A stretch of 57,858 nucleotides of DNA from a virus (taxonomy: Duplodnaviria > Caudoviricetes), in IMG/VR virus record IMGVR_UViG_3300021197_001375, positions 1 through 57,858 of that record; one strand, 5' to 3'. The notes beneath the pieces were generated by a model. The model was given only the letters and a program-made list of their open reading frames with translations. It searched no databases and was not told where the DNA came from. The position numbers and the translations under genes are program-made. This document shows positions 48,012 through 57,032 of the stretch, in pieces (the first letter of the stretch is position 1; the number at the start of each line of letters is the position of its first letter).

Positions 48012-50518
48012 TATCTATTCTCTCCTTCATATTTTTCTATTTCGACACTTGGCATCATTTTATCCACATTTGGAATAGATTTGCTCAAGATTGTCTTTTC
48101 AATTGATGTATTAGCTCTTAGTTTTGCTAATTTTTCATTTTGATCCAACTTCTCATCAGTGTTTTGTTGATTCATCATGGCTTTCATACGATCGAGATTA
48201 ATTTTTTCTTGTCCTTCTCGTTTTTTACGCTCGTTGTCCATAGCTCTAAGGTCTAATTCTCTTGCTCTTAATTTAGCGATAGGGTCATTTCCAAAACCTG
48301 AAGTAACTTCTCGCTCTTCTTTTAAAAATTCTTCCATCATTTCAGCAATCAACACAGCTTTTCTAGACTCTAACCTTTGAGTCATTGCTTGAAGCTGCTG
48401 TGCAACTTGTGGATTCTGCGCTGCCATCTGTTGCATTTGTGCTAACTGTGGAATTTCTTGTGCAAACTCTAATTCAATTTGTTCTTGTGCCATCAAACTT
48501 ATGTGTTCCATAATATTTTTTTCCATTGCAGCTGTTATCATTGGATTATTTTTAGCAATATTAGTTGCCATAAAATTTAAATGCGAAGTAATGTGTGCTC
48601 TATGATCTTGACCAGGAAACGCTTGAAAAGGTTTACCTGCTAGAGCCATAATATTTTCTAACGCTGGGTCCATTGGTTGAGGCTGTTGTGGTTTAATTAA
48701 TACTTGATCAATATTTTTTACACCCAACGCTTCATACATATTTCTATATGCTTGATATAAATTATGCATTTGCGGATTTGACGTTGCCAGTTGCAACTCC
48801 GTTTGCGCGAGGGAAATACGCTGAGTTTGTGAAAAGATGTTGGGATCCGCAACTGGCACAATATCTACCCGATCATCAAAGTCTTGTTGTTTAATCATTC
48901 TTTGACCCCCAACTACGTCGTACGGATACTCCGGTGGTAAATATAATTTGAATACTCTTGCTAATAATTTAAATTCTTTTTTAAGAGCAGAATAAATTCT
49001 TTTGTGTATTGCTGACATTGTTCTGCTACCTCTTTCAAGAAGAGCAACAGTTGTTCCTACAGCAGCTTGTTGATTGCCATCACCAATTTGTAAATCTGCA
49101 ATCGATGCAAATCTTTGACCAGCTTGTACAACGATACCCATTAATGATAGTAAAGTTTGAGATGGTTCTTTAAATGGTAACATCATAAATGAATCTTTTA
49201 AATTACCACCAGGTGCATCTACATCTCTAAACTCACCAGGTTGTATAGATTGCGCATCATCTCTAATTCTAATGCCACGCATTTTAAATCCTGCGGGTAG
49301 GTTGGAAAGCGTACCCGCATCCAATAATTGACGAAGAGCTGCTGTTGCAGTTCTAGACAGACCACCAATCATATGGATGAGACCGAAGCCATAGAAACCT
49401 AGTCCAGGTAAAAATTTAAAATGAACAAAGTAATCTATTTTGTTTTTGTTCGGATCTCCAATTTGATAATTTCTTCTAATAGCTAAAACTTTTCTTGTAG
49501 CTAATTCTACAGTTACGATGTAAGGAATTTTTATTCCAGATGGTTCACCCGTTTCTTGATTAACATCTTCAAAACCTTCAAGATCTAAATTAACATGACA
49601 TTCTATTAAAGTATAAATGTCATCGTCTTTAGATTTTCTTTGACCTTCAAGTTCTCTTTCTTTTTTCTCTACATCAGATTCTTCATAACCAGGTGTTCCT
49701 AATTCTATATCTAAATAAAATCCACCTACTTGTTGTTTTCTTAAATCGTTTTTAGAAACTTTAACCCGGTGAATGACTGCCTCTGCATCGTCTAATGAGG
49801 TAGCCGAATAAGGGACAATCAAATCATCTGCAGGGACGAACTTTGATATAGCTCTTCCTTCAAGTTCATCGTAATAAATTTTTTTAAACGCTGAACCTGC
49901 AAGAGGTAAATAGAAAAGCATTGAATCAAAGTCAGGCTCATATTCTTTCATTTTTTCCATGAGCTCAAAATTCATATAATCTTTAACACGTTCTGCTTGT
50001 TCTGCTTTTTCTGGACTCGGTGCTCCAACTACTTGCGTTCGGACTGGTCCATTAGCTGGGAGTAACTCTTTATAAGCGAGCGCTTGAAACTGTGTAACAG
50101 CTTCAGCCAAAACCGGGTGAGTTGCCCCCGAGGCACCTTGAAACGGTTCCGTTCGCATGTCATATTTAAATCCTAACAGGTCAAGACCTTTTGTGTAAGA
50201 TTGTTCCCAATCTTTTCTTGACATGTTATAGTCCATATACTTTTGCGTCAAGTCACTTCCTAATTCTCCTAAAACGTCATCTGGTAAAAATTCTGCTAAA
50301 TTTGCGTAGTGTTCATCACCACCTTCTGGTGATGCTGCATTTGGATCAAAATCTATATCAACTGATCCATCTTCTTGTTCTATTACTTCAACGGGTCCTT
50401 TAGATGTTTCTTCTGCAATCGCAATTTCTTGCGCTTGATCTACTATCTCTTCTTCACCCGGAATTGTTACTGAGCCCCTTGGACCTTGCGTCAGGGACTT
50501 GTCTATTTTGTCTGCCAT
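48011..50518 (-). CDS. Portal protein
   Basis: 835 aa; GSAFKKIYYD, PGLGFYGFG, PGEFRDVD; Q-rich C-terminal helix; near TerL. Confidence 0.88.
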   Translation of the reverse strand: MADKIDKSLTQGPRGSVTIPGEEEIVDQAQEIAIAEETSKGPVEVIEQEDGSVDIDFDPNAASPEGGDEHYANLAEFLPDDVLGELGSDLTQKYMDYNMSRKDWEQSYTKGLDLLGFKYDMRTEPFQGASGATHPVLAEAVTQFQALAYKELLPANGPVRTQVVGAPSPEKAEQAERVKDYMNFELMEKMKEYEPDFDSMLFYLPLAGSAFKKIYYDELEGRAISKFVPADDLIVPYSATSLDDAEAVIHRVKVSKNDLRKQQVGGFYLDIELGTPGYEESDVEKKERELEGQRKSKDDDIYTLIECHVNLDLEGFEDVNQETGEPSGIKIPYIVTVELATRKVLAIRRNYQIGDPNKNKIDYFVHFKFLPGLGFYGFGLIHMIGGLSRTATAALRQLLDAGTLSNLPAGFKMRGIRIRDDAQSIQPGEFRDVDAPGGNLKDSFMMLPFKEPSQTLLSLMGIVVQAGQRFASIADLQIGDGNQQAAVGTTVALLERGSRTMSAIHKRIYSALKKEFKLLARVFKLYLPPEYPYDVVGGQRMIKQQDFDDRVDIVPVADPNIFSQTQRISLAQTELQLATSNPQMHNLYQAYRNMYEALGVKNIDQVLIKPQQPQPMDPALENIMALAGKPFQAFPGQDHRAHITSHLNFMATNIAKNNPMITAAMEKNIMEHISLMAQEQIELEFAQEIPQLAQMQQMAAQNPQVAQQLQAMTQRLESRKAVLIAEMMEEFLKEEREVTSGFGNDPIAKLRARELDLRAMDNERKKREGQEKINLDRMKAMMNQQNTDEKLDQNEKLAKLRANTSIEKTILSKSIPNVDKMMPSVEIEKYEGENR

Positions 50519-50642
50519 TTGTTTTCTCCAATTTAACTGTTTTAACAGTATTATAATTAATTTTCAACCCCTGTGGCGTGGGTCCTGATTCAGGCGGCAG
50601 GAGCCAGGTCTTAGGGTAATTTGATGTTTTTGATCTGTTCAT
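50454..50642 (-). CDS. PPESGPTPQGL-containing ORF, possibly a +1 frameshift extension of the upstream gene
   Basis: In the +1 frame across the CCC TAA end of the 708-aa gene; overlaps portal start. Confidence 0.5.
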   Translation of the reverse strand: MNRSKTSNYPKTWLLPPESGPTPQGLKINYNTVKTVKLEKTNGRQNRQVPDARSKGLSNNSG

Positions 50643-52737
50643 TGTATTTCCCGAATGTTGATTGTCCTACTTCTTCAAAATCATCTGACATCTGTGTTAA
50701 ATCTTTTGCTCGCTCTTGTGCAGCAAATTCTGGATCTACTCTTCTTTTTGCATTGTTGAGTGCTACCTCTGGATCTCCAGAATCTAAAGCCATGGCTTGG
50801 TCAGCAATGGACAATTCTATGCCTTGTTCATCTGCTAAAACTCTAGCATCAAACAAAGCTTTAGTTCCTACTGCATATCCTATTGGCTTAATAACTTTGC
50901 CTACTCCTTTTAAAACTTTACCTGTTCCTGAAAGTATTTTATTTTTTAACCTACCTTTTTCTAAGGCTTTTGCATCTGTTCTAATTTGTCTTTTTAAACT
51001 ACTAGCTTGGTCAGTTGATAATTGTTCTAATTTTAAAGCTGGATTTGTTTTACCACTACCGCCAAATTTTTTACCCACAAATCTAATAGGTGTTCCATAT
51101 TCGTCTGTTATGGGAACTACTCTATTAAAACCAATTAATTTTTTATATTCACTTGGTAATTCTTTAATTGCATTCTTAACAACTTTTTCTCCAGCGTCAT
51201 TTAATATATCTATTTTTTTTAAATAACCTTCTGGTTGAGTGTTGATTAAATCTGAAATTGAATCAGCTATGTTGTTTAATCTTGTGTTATATGGAGAAAG
51301 TGTTCTATTCATTTTTCCTTTAATAATTGCAATGTCATTTAAATCTAAAGGTATCTCTCCACCAATATTCATTATGTGGTGAAACTGAAATTTTTTAGTT
51401 CCTCTACCTTCAAATGGCGCTGTTCTAGCTATTCTTTGTTTTCTTGTTGTTTCTGTTTCTGTAGCAACTCTATCTCCCTCACCTCTACCTTCAAATGGAT
51501 TTGAAAACTCAACCTCTTTGGTAATTAGATCTCTTAAACCAGAATCCATAAATCCTGTTCGACTTGAGTACCCTGAAATTTTTATTCCCTCGGGTGCATA
51601 TTTTTTTGCAATCTTTCCCGCCTCTTCCATACTATCTAAAATTCTATTTTCAGGGAGATTACTAAATTTTATAAATTCAGCTTTTGCTTGTGGATTGTTT
51701 AAAATAATTTGAGCAGGGGAAACACCTTTACCTGTTGCTATAAAATTAGGTCTGTTTTTTAATTTTACTAGATCTGCTTTTTCATCAATAACTCGTTCTA
51801 AAGAAGTTGCTGATCTTCCAGTTTTTGCTTCTTTTGAATCAGGGAAATATTTTTTAGTTAATTCTCTAGTTCCTATACCTTTATAATAATCTTCTAATAT
51901 ATTATCTAAATTTGCTAAAGCACCTTTTCTAATGTCACCCATAAAATAAGATGTTTTTTTAGTTAAATTTTTAAAAAATTTTTCACCTTTTTCCTCACCA
52001 ATTATTCTTTGTAAAGAACCGTATGATATTTCTTTTCCGTTATTTAGTTTAAGAACATCTGGATGCCTTCTAATTTCTGTGGGACCTAATTCGTTAGTTT
52101 CAGCGAGTTTTATAATTTTATTAAATAATTTGGGTTTTTTATTTTTAAGTTGTCTTGCTTCTGCTTTTGCAGGTGTAGATACTGCAGTTTTTTTAACATC
52201 TGCTAATAACTCACTATCTATAAAATTTTGAGCACTCGTTTTTGTATCAAAAACAACACCCTCAGTAGTTGTTCTTACAAAACCTGGAAGGTTTTTTAAT
52301 TTATTAAAAGGTATATCTCTAACACCCACCCTACTTTTTACAAAATATTTCCCTGGTTTATTAGAAAACCTTTCTGCTAATTTTTTAATTTCAGCAAACC
52401 CTTCTCTTGATCCTAGGTCTTCTCCTTCAAAAGTACCGCCACCGATTGCAAAATTTTCTCTTTTGTAATTTTCTATTGTTTCTTTAATTTCTGTTTGGGG
52501 TAGTGATTGATAGATTCCTGATGCCTGATCCTCGGTAATTTGTCCTTTGGTTATAGCCTCTTGAAGATAGAAATCAAAAAGACGTAATGTAGATTCAGGG
52601 TCCAGGCCTCTTGAAGCTTCTTTTAGTGTATTTAATTTATCTTTAAAAGTTCTTGGTGTAGGTTTTTCAGAACCATTGGCAAATGGTTTTCGCCTGACCA
52701 TATGTGCATAGGCTTCATTATAATGATGGAGTTTCAA
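50611..52737 (-). CDS. Large putative internal virion protein with HNH-like segment
   Basis: FQFHHIMNIGG...LNDIAII...N; FANG/FAIGG motifs. Confidence 0.6.
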   Translation of the reverse strand: MKLHHYNEAYAHMVRRKPFANGSEKPTPRTFKDKLNTLKEASRGLDPESTLRLFDFYLQEAITKGQITEDQASGIYQSLPQTEIKETIENYKRENFAIGGGTFEGEDLGSREGFAEIKKLAERFSNKPGKYFVKSRVGVRDIPFNKLKNLPGFVRTTTEGVVFDTKTSAQNFIDSELLADVKKTAVSTPAKAEARQLKNKKPKLFNKIIKLAETNELGPTEIRRHPDVLKLNNGKEISYGSLQRIIGEEKGEKFFKNLTKKTSYFMGDIRKGALANLDNILEDYYKGIGTRELTKKYFPDSKEAKTGRSATSLERVIDEKADLVKLKNRPNFIATGKGVSPAQIILNNPQAKAEFIKFSNLPENRILDSMEEAGKIAKKYAPEGIKISGYSSRTGFMDSGLRDLITKEVEFSNPFEGRGEGDRVATETETTRKQRIARTAPFEGRGTKKFQFHHIMNIGGEIPLDLNDIAIIKGKMNRTLSPYNTRLNNIADSISDLINTQPEGYLKKIDILNDAGEKVVKNAIKELPSEYKKLIGFNRVVPITDEYGTPIRFVGKKFGGSGKTNPALKLEQLSTDQASSLKRQIRTDAKALEKGRLKNKILSGTGKVLKGVGKVIKPIGYAVGTKALFDARVLADEQGIELSIADQAMALDSGDPEVALNNAKRRVDPEFAAQERAKDLTQMSDDFEEVGQSTFGKYNEQIKNIKLP

Positions 52738-52738
52738 A

Positions 52739-53272
52739 TTAAACTCCTAAGATACCGGGTAATCCTCCAACGGCAACACCAGCTCTAGCTTGACCTTCTT
52801 CCATTCTTAAGAAGTCATCTATTTCCATGATTGGAAATCCTGGCATTTGTTCGTTCATATTGTATTTGTAATTTTCGTAAGCATCTAAATCTTCTTGACT
52901 ATAATTACCTGGCATATACTTAGCCATTCTCATTTCTTCTGTATCTCCTCCACCAGAAGACATTTCAAAATAAAATTCTTTTAGTTCATCAATACTTCTA
53001 GGTCTTCGTTTTTTTCTTTTGATAAATTCTTCTACGATAGCTTCCATAGTTACTCTTGGATCAATTGTTTTTGCTGATGCTTGCATGATACCTTCTTTTT
53101 CCATAGGTCTACTTCCTTTTAAAATTTTTTCAAAATCACCCATGGGATCCATGCTGATTTCTTTTATTTGTATGTTATTCCTTTTTATGTAGTCCGTCAA
53201 GGATTCTCCTGCTTCAACTCCTACACCAGAATTGTAAGAATCTATTACATCTGCGTAACTTTCAAATTCCAT
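52739..53272 (-). CDS. Acidic Met-rich hypothetical protein
   Basis: Ends VAVGGLPGILGV; coupled to terL. Confidence 0.65.
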   Translation of the reverse strand: MEFESYADVIDSYNSGVGVEAGESLTDYIKRNNIQIKEISMDPMGDFEKILKGSRPMEKEGIMQASAKTIDPRVTMEAIVEEFIKRKKRRPRSIDELKEFYFEMSSGGGDTEEMRMAKYMPGNYSQEDLDAYENYKYNMNEQMPGFPIMEIDDFLRMEEGQARAGVAVGGLPGILGV

Positions 53273-54747
53273 TAATAATACGTCCTTTGTTTAGGTGGAA
53301 TTATTTCATCCTGATAGTCTTCAGGGTGTTGAATTAGGCCACCTTGCCTAAATCTCATTACAGCTTGTGTCATTGAGTCTACCAAGTCATCGTGATCGCC
53401 ATAAGGAAAAGCTGCGCATTCCTCAATAACTTCTTGTGCAAACTCCATTTCTTTGGGCGCCCATATCAGTCCCGACTCAAAGAGCGGAGATACTGCGTTT
53501 ACCCTAGTATGCTTATCATTGCCTCTACTAGGTGTAAAATTTATAACAGGAATTCCCATCTTACGCAACTCATAAGTTAAGGGTAGTCCAGAAGCTTTTG
53601 ATTCTATGATGACTGTTTCTGGATTCCAGTAGCCGTATTGTTCAAGCGCGACTCTACGCAACTCAGGAAACTCATATCGTTCTTTCACTGCATCTAATAA
53701 AATTAAATTCGGTGGACTATCTTCATCTGGACGAAAAACTCCCCACGTTGTAATTGCAGAAAAGTCTGCGGTTTGTTTTTTCATAAAAGCTGTATCATAA
53801 GATTGTATTACATGTTGAAGAGGAGGTAGATCATCCTCTTCCCAGGAACGCCACCATTCTCGTTTTATCAAAGCTCCTTCTTCTGAAGTAGGATTTTGCA
53901 TATACTGTGCATTCCATTTTGATAAAGGAATAGAAGCTTTAACAGATTCTAAATCTTTTATTTCCCAATACTCAGGCCAAACAGGTTTACCTGATGGAAG
54001 GATAGCAGGAAATTCTACAATGTCCCATTGATCAGCTTTAATTTCTTTTTGTGCATTAAGTAGTCTACCTGTTAAATCTTTTTCATTCCAACGAGTCATG
54101 ATTACTATAATAGATCCACCAGGTTGAAGACGTTGTCTTGGTCCTGATGTATACCATTCGTAAGTTCGTTCTAATGCTTGTGCATTCATTGCATCTTGTT
54201 CAGAATGTGGGTCATCAATAATTAAAAGATCTGCACCCCTTCCTGTTATTGCCGAACCTACACCCGCTGCATAATACTCGCCTCCTTGAGCTGTTTCCCA
54301 TTTGCCGGCAGCTTGTGAGTCTTCTCTCAGTTTTGTATTAAATACTTTTTGATATTCAGGGGAGTCAATCAAAGCTTTAGCCTTACGACCAAACCTTACA
54401 GATAATTCTGTTGTATTAGTAGATTGAATAATTTTTAGTTTAGGATTTCTACCTACCATCCACGCAGGTAAAAGATAAGATCCAAATTCAGATTTGGTAT
54501 GTCTTGGTGGCATATTAATAATTAATCTTTTTATTTCACCAGATGCTAGCTTATTAAATTTTTCTGCAATTTCTTTGTGGTGTTTACCTTCTATAAAATC
54601 AGGCCAAACATGTTTAACAAAAGTTAAAAAATCAGTTTGAATAGATTGTTGTTTTTTCTTTTCACCATATTTATTTGCTAATAATGCAAACTGTCTTCTG
54701 ACATCAGCAGGTAGCTTATCTAAGTTCTGTATAAATTTTTCATTCAT
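53272..54747 (-). CDS. terL: Terminase large subunit
   Basis: MPPRHTKS Walker A, LLIIDD Walker B, HDDLVDS nuclease motif. Confidence 0.95.
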   Translation of the reverse strand: MNEKFIQNLDKLPADVRRQFALLANKYGEKKKQQSIQTDFLTFVKHVWPDFIEGKHHKEIAEKFNKLASGEIKRLIINMPPRHTKSEFGSYLLPAWMVGRNPKLKIIQSTNTTELSVRFGRKAKALIDSPEYQKVFNTKLREDSQAAGKWETAQGGEYYAAGVGSAITGRGADLLIIDDPHSEQDAMNAQALERTYEWYTSGPRQRLQPGGSIIVIMTRWNEKDLTGRLLNAQKEIKADQWDIVEFPAILPSGKPVWPEYWEIKDLESVKASIPLSKWNAQYMQNPTSEEGALIKREWWRSWEEDDLPPLQHVIQSYDTAFMKKQTADFSAITTWGVFRPDEDSPPNLILLDAVKERYEFPELRRVALEQYGYWNPETVIIESKASGLPLTYELRKMGIPVINFTPSRGNDKHTRVNAVSPLFESGLIWAPKEMEFAQEVIEECAAFPYGDHDDLVDSMTQAVMRFRQGGLIQHPEDYQDEIIPPKQRTYY

Positions 54748-54979
54748 AAAATTTTTTCGCAAAATTTTTTTACAAGTATTTTGAAAACTTATAAAGTATT
54801 TTACCACTATCTATCTAAAAATCCAGCAAATCTAGTGTAGGTTGTGGGACCCCTAGGCTAGATATAAAAAACATTTTTTAGGAATTTGCAAAATTAGGAA
54901 TGGCTCTGGGACCACTACGCGTGGCGTGGCGCTGGCTGGCGCCACAACCTATAGTTGATGCGTTTACTGCATACAACTA

Positions 54980-55168
54980 TTAATCTAAAAGGGTCATATA
55001 AGCTTGAGGATTTAACCTGCTAAACTTAGATAAACCTTTTTGCATTGCATCATACTGCTCAGTTTCTTCTGCATGTTTAATTAAATGATAAAGAGCAAAC
55101 TCTTCTTCACTTAACATCTCAGATTGACCAGAGTATGGGTTTGTTGCTTTCATATTTCTAATTGTCAT
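54980..55168 (-). CDS. Early hypothetical protein
   Basis: ATNPYSGQS...NPQAYMTLLD; ATG 7 nt after a -10 box. Confidence 0.65.
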   Translation of the reverse strand: MTIRNMKATNPYSGQSEMLSEEEFALYHLIKHAEETEQYDAMQKGLSKFSRLNPQAYMTLLD

Positions 55169-55171
55169 ATC

Positions 55172-55204
55172 TGGGATCATATAGGATAAGTCAAGCATTG
55201 TCAA
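55172..55204 (-). promoter_or_regulatory. Early promoter with TGGGAT-N4-TAGGAT operator
   Basis: TTGACA-N17-TATGAT; operator at 55172-55187. Confidence 0.7.
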
Positions 55205-55511
55205 TAGCCTGTATTCTTTTTTGTTTATATGGATTGCCATGATAATCGGTGTGAGTTTCTACAACTACATCTATCGGTGTTTCTTGTGGCTCGGTCCTTG
55301 GGTGTAGTCTAATGAATTCTTCCCAATGTGCATACAGGAAATCAGTATAACAACCTTGACTACAAAAATGTGAGAAGTAATTTCTTTCGTTCCATGAGTC
55401 CTGTTTTATCTTTCTGGTCCTCAATACCTTAGAACCCTTAACACCTCTTATTCTATCCTGTGTATGATTAGTATGACACTTAGGACCATGGCACCAATTA
55501 TAATCACTCAT
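55191..55511 (-). CDS. Early Cys/His zinc-finger protein
   Basis: WCHGPKC...FCSQGC. Confidence 0.65.
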   Translation of the reverse strand: MSDYNWCHGPKCHTNHTQDRIRGVKGSKVLRTRKIKQDSWNERNYFSHFCSQGCYTDFLYAHWEEFIRLHPRTEPQETPIDVVVETHTDYHGNPYKQKRIQAIDNA

Positions 55512-55582
55512 CTGGACCTTGCCATTTCCCAAACGCAAACAACAATCATAAACATAAATAAAAGTTTTATTTCTATTGGCAT
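55508..55582 (-). CDS. 24-aa TM microprotein
   Basis: MPIEIKLLFMFMIVVCVWEMARSR; TAATG and ATGA coupling. Confidence 0.5.
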   Translation of the reverse strand: MPIEIKLLFMFMIVVCVWEMARSR

Positions 55583-55767
55583 TAGTGCCTCACTTTCCAC
55601 GATTGCGACGCTGTTCTATAACCATGATTATCTAAATCATAATAAACATAATATGGTGTTCCATTTTTTGCAACTCCATATCTGCTTTTATCATCGTGCT
55701 TTCCTTTTCTAGTTATGTGTTTTTTGTGCTTACTTGCCCAGTAAGTAATGTAGAATGTTTTAGTCAT
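55582..55767 (-). CDS. Early hypothetical protein
   Basis: 61 aa, GAGG SD, own promoter. Confidence 0.7.
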   Translation of the reverse strand: MTKTFYITYWASKHKKHITRKGKHDDKSRYGVAKNGTPYYVYYDLDNHGYRTASQSWKVRH

Positions 55768-55788
55768 ATTTCTTTCCTCTCTTTCTGT

Positions 55789-55821
55789 CCCTATCCTATA
55801 CTAAATAGGATAGGGTGTCAA
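55789..55821 (-). promoter_or_regulatory. Early promoter with palindromic operator
   Basis: TTGACA-N17-TAGGAT; CCCTATCCTAT-N5-ATAGGATAGGG palindrome. Confidence 0.7.
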
Positions 55822-55825
55822 TAGC

Positions 55826-56761
55826 TTAATTTACACTTTGTTGCATTTGTTGTCTTGCAATAGCGATCTTTTGATCTCTAGTTAAAACCTCTTTATCTTC
55901 CAAAAGATTAGCCAGATTTTCTGGTGAATAAATTGAAAGTGCCATTGAACTACTTTCATTTAACATTGTTTCATTTAAAACAACTCCGACTTTATCTGCG
56001 AGTGCTTTTGCTTGGTCAAATGTTCTGTAAGATTTTAAACCTAATCTTACTTTTTGCATTTTGTCCTCAACATAATCATACATTTGTTGATGTTCTTTGA
56101 TTACATTGTCAGCACTAGAAACATACATCTTAAAAAAGTTTAATGTATTTTCATCAACTTTAAACTGCCTTGAATGACAATAATTACTTCCTATTGTCCA
56201 AAGTTTAAAATCATTTTCCCATTTATCTTTAGGATATTCTGTTCCTGTTGCATCATTCCTTGAATGATTAAAACCCAAAAATTTATTTACTGCTGTTTCA
56301 TCTGCATAATATTTTGGATTTCTTTTTGAGTAGTCATTATTAATAGATAAATTGAAATCAGGATTAAGACCTTTTGCTTTCATGTCATCACGATAATATG
56401 CTCTTGCAAAGTTTTTACCCATATTAAATCTTACATGAACTTCATCTTTGCTTTCATACTCTCTACCCTCATCATCAACTTTCATAATTGGTTTTTCAAC
56501 CCAAAAACAATTATCTTGATACAACTCGCCACCACTTCTATTGTATTTAGAAATCATTCTTCTAATTGTATCAATGTCCTCTTGGGGTTGATGAAACCTT
56601 ACAACTTTCTCAATCTGCTCTTTTGCCTTTTCACGCATAAGATCGTATTGTTCTTTTGCTTGTATCAATTTATCTTTTACTTTATCTTCGTAAAAAGATT
56701 GAAATTGATCTGCAACAACTTTACGTTTATCTGCGTTTAATGTTATTTTTTTAGTTTGCAT
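55826..56761 (-). CDS. Early hypothetical protein (311 aa)
   Basis: AAGGAG SD, own promoter; no motif recognised. Confidence 0.8.
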   Translation of the reverse strand: MQTKKITLNADKRKVVADQFQSFYEDKVKDKLIQAKEQYDLMREKAKEQIEKVVRFHQPQEDIDTIRRMISKYNRSGGELYQDNCFWVEKPIMKVDDEGREYESKDEVHVRFNMGKNFARAYYRDDMKAKGLNPDFNLSINNDYSKRNPKYYADETAVNKFLGFNHSRNDATGTEYPKDKWENDFKLWTIGSNYCHSRQFKVDENTLNFFKMYVSSADNVIKEHQQMYDYVEDKMQKVRLGLKSYRTFDQAKALADKVGVVLNETMLNESSSMALSIYSPENLANLLEDKEVLTRDQKIAIARQQMQQSVN

Positions 56762-56779
56762 ATTTCACTCCTTTATTTT

Positions 56780-56812
56780 GTCCCAATATATCCTATATAA
56801 AATATATGTCAA
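56780..56812 (-). promoter_or_regulatory. Early promoter with TAGGAT-N4-TGGGAC operator
   Basis: TTGACA-N16-TATATT; operator at 56780-56795. Confidence 0.6.
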
Positions 56813-56915
56813 ATATTATTTTCGGCACAACCTATACGTGTATGGTCTAGTTTAGAATTATTCTAATGTAGTTTTTTTATAATATATACTAACCACCATC
56901 CCCAGCCACCGTCCA

Positions 56916-56944
56916 AGTATATAGGATAAATTAGGATATGTCAA
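56916..56944 (-). promoter_or_regulatory. Strong leftward early promoter
   Basis: TTGACA-N17-TATACT; TAGGAT-AAAT-TAGGAT in spacer (56922-56937). Confidence 0.8.
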
Positions 56945-56998
56945 TCCATTAGAGTGTCCACAATGGGTCTAATAAAAAAATATTTTTAAAATAAATAT

Positions 56999-57027
56999 TT
57001 GACTCCTAAGTTATCCTATGTTATAAA
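56999..57027 (+). promoter_or_regulatory. Strong rightward early promoter
   Basis: TTGACT-N17-TATAAA with TGn extended -10; operator at 57003-57018. Confidence 0.8.
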
Positions 57028-57032
57028 GCGCT

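Noticed and set aside
21893-51712. Numerous plus-strand ORFs opposite structural genes (e.g. 22214-22654, 50621-51226)
   Set aside because: Antisense shadows of long genes, rich in Phe/Ser/Leu, without SD or motifs; 33341-33946 is the exception and was accepted
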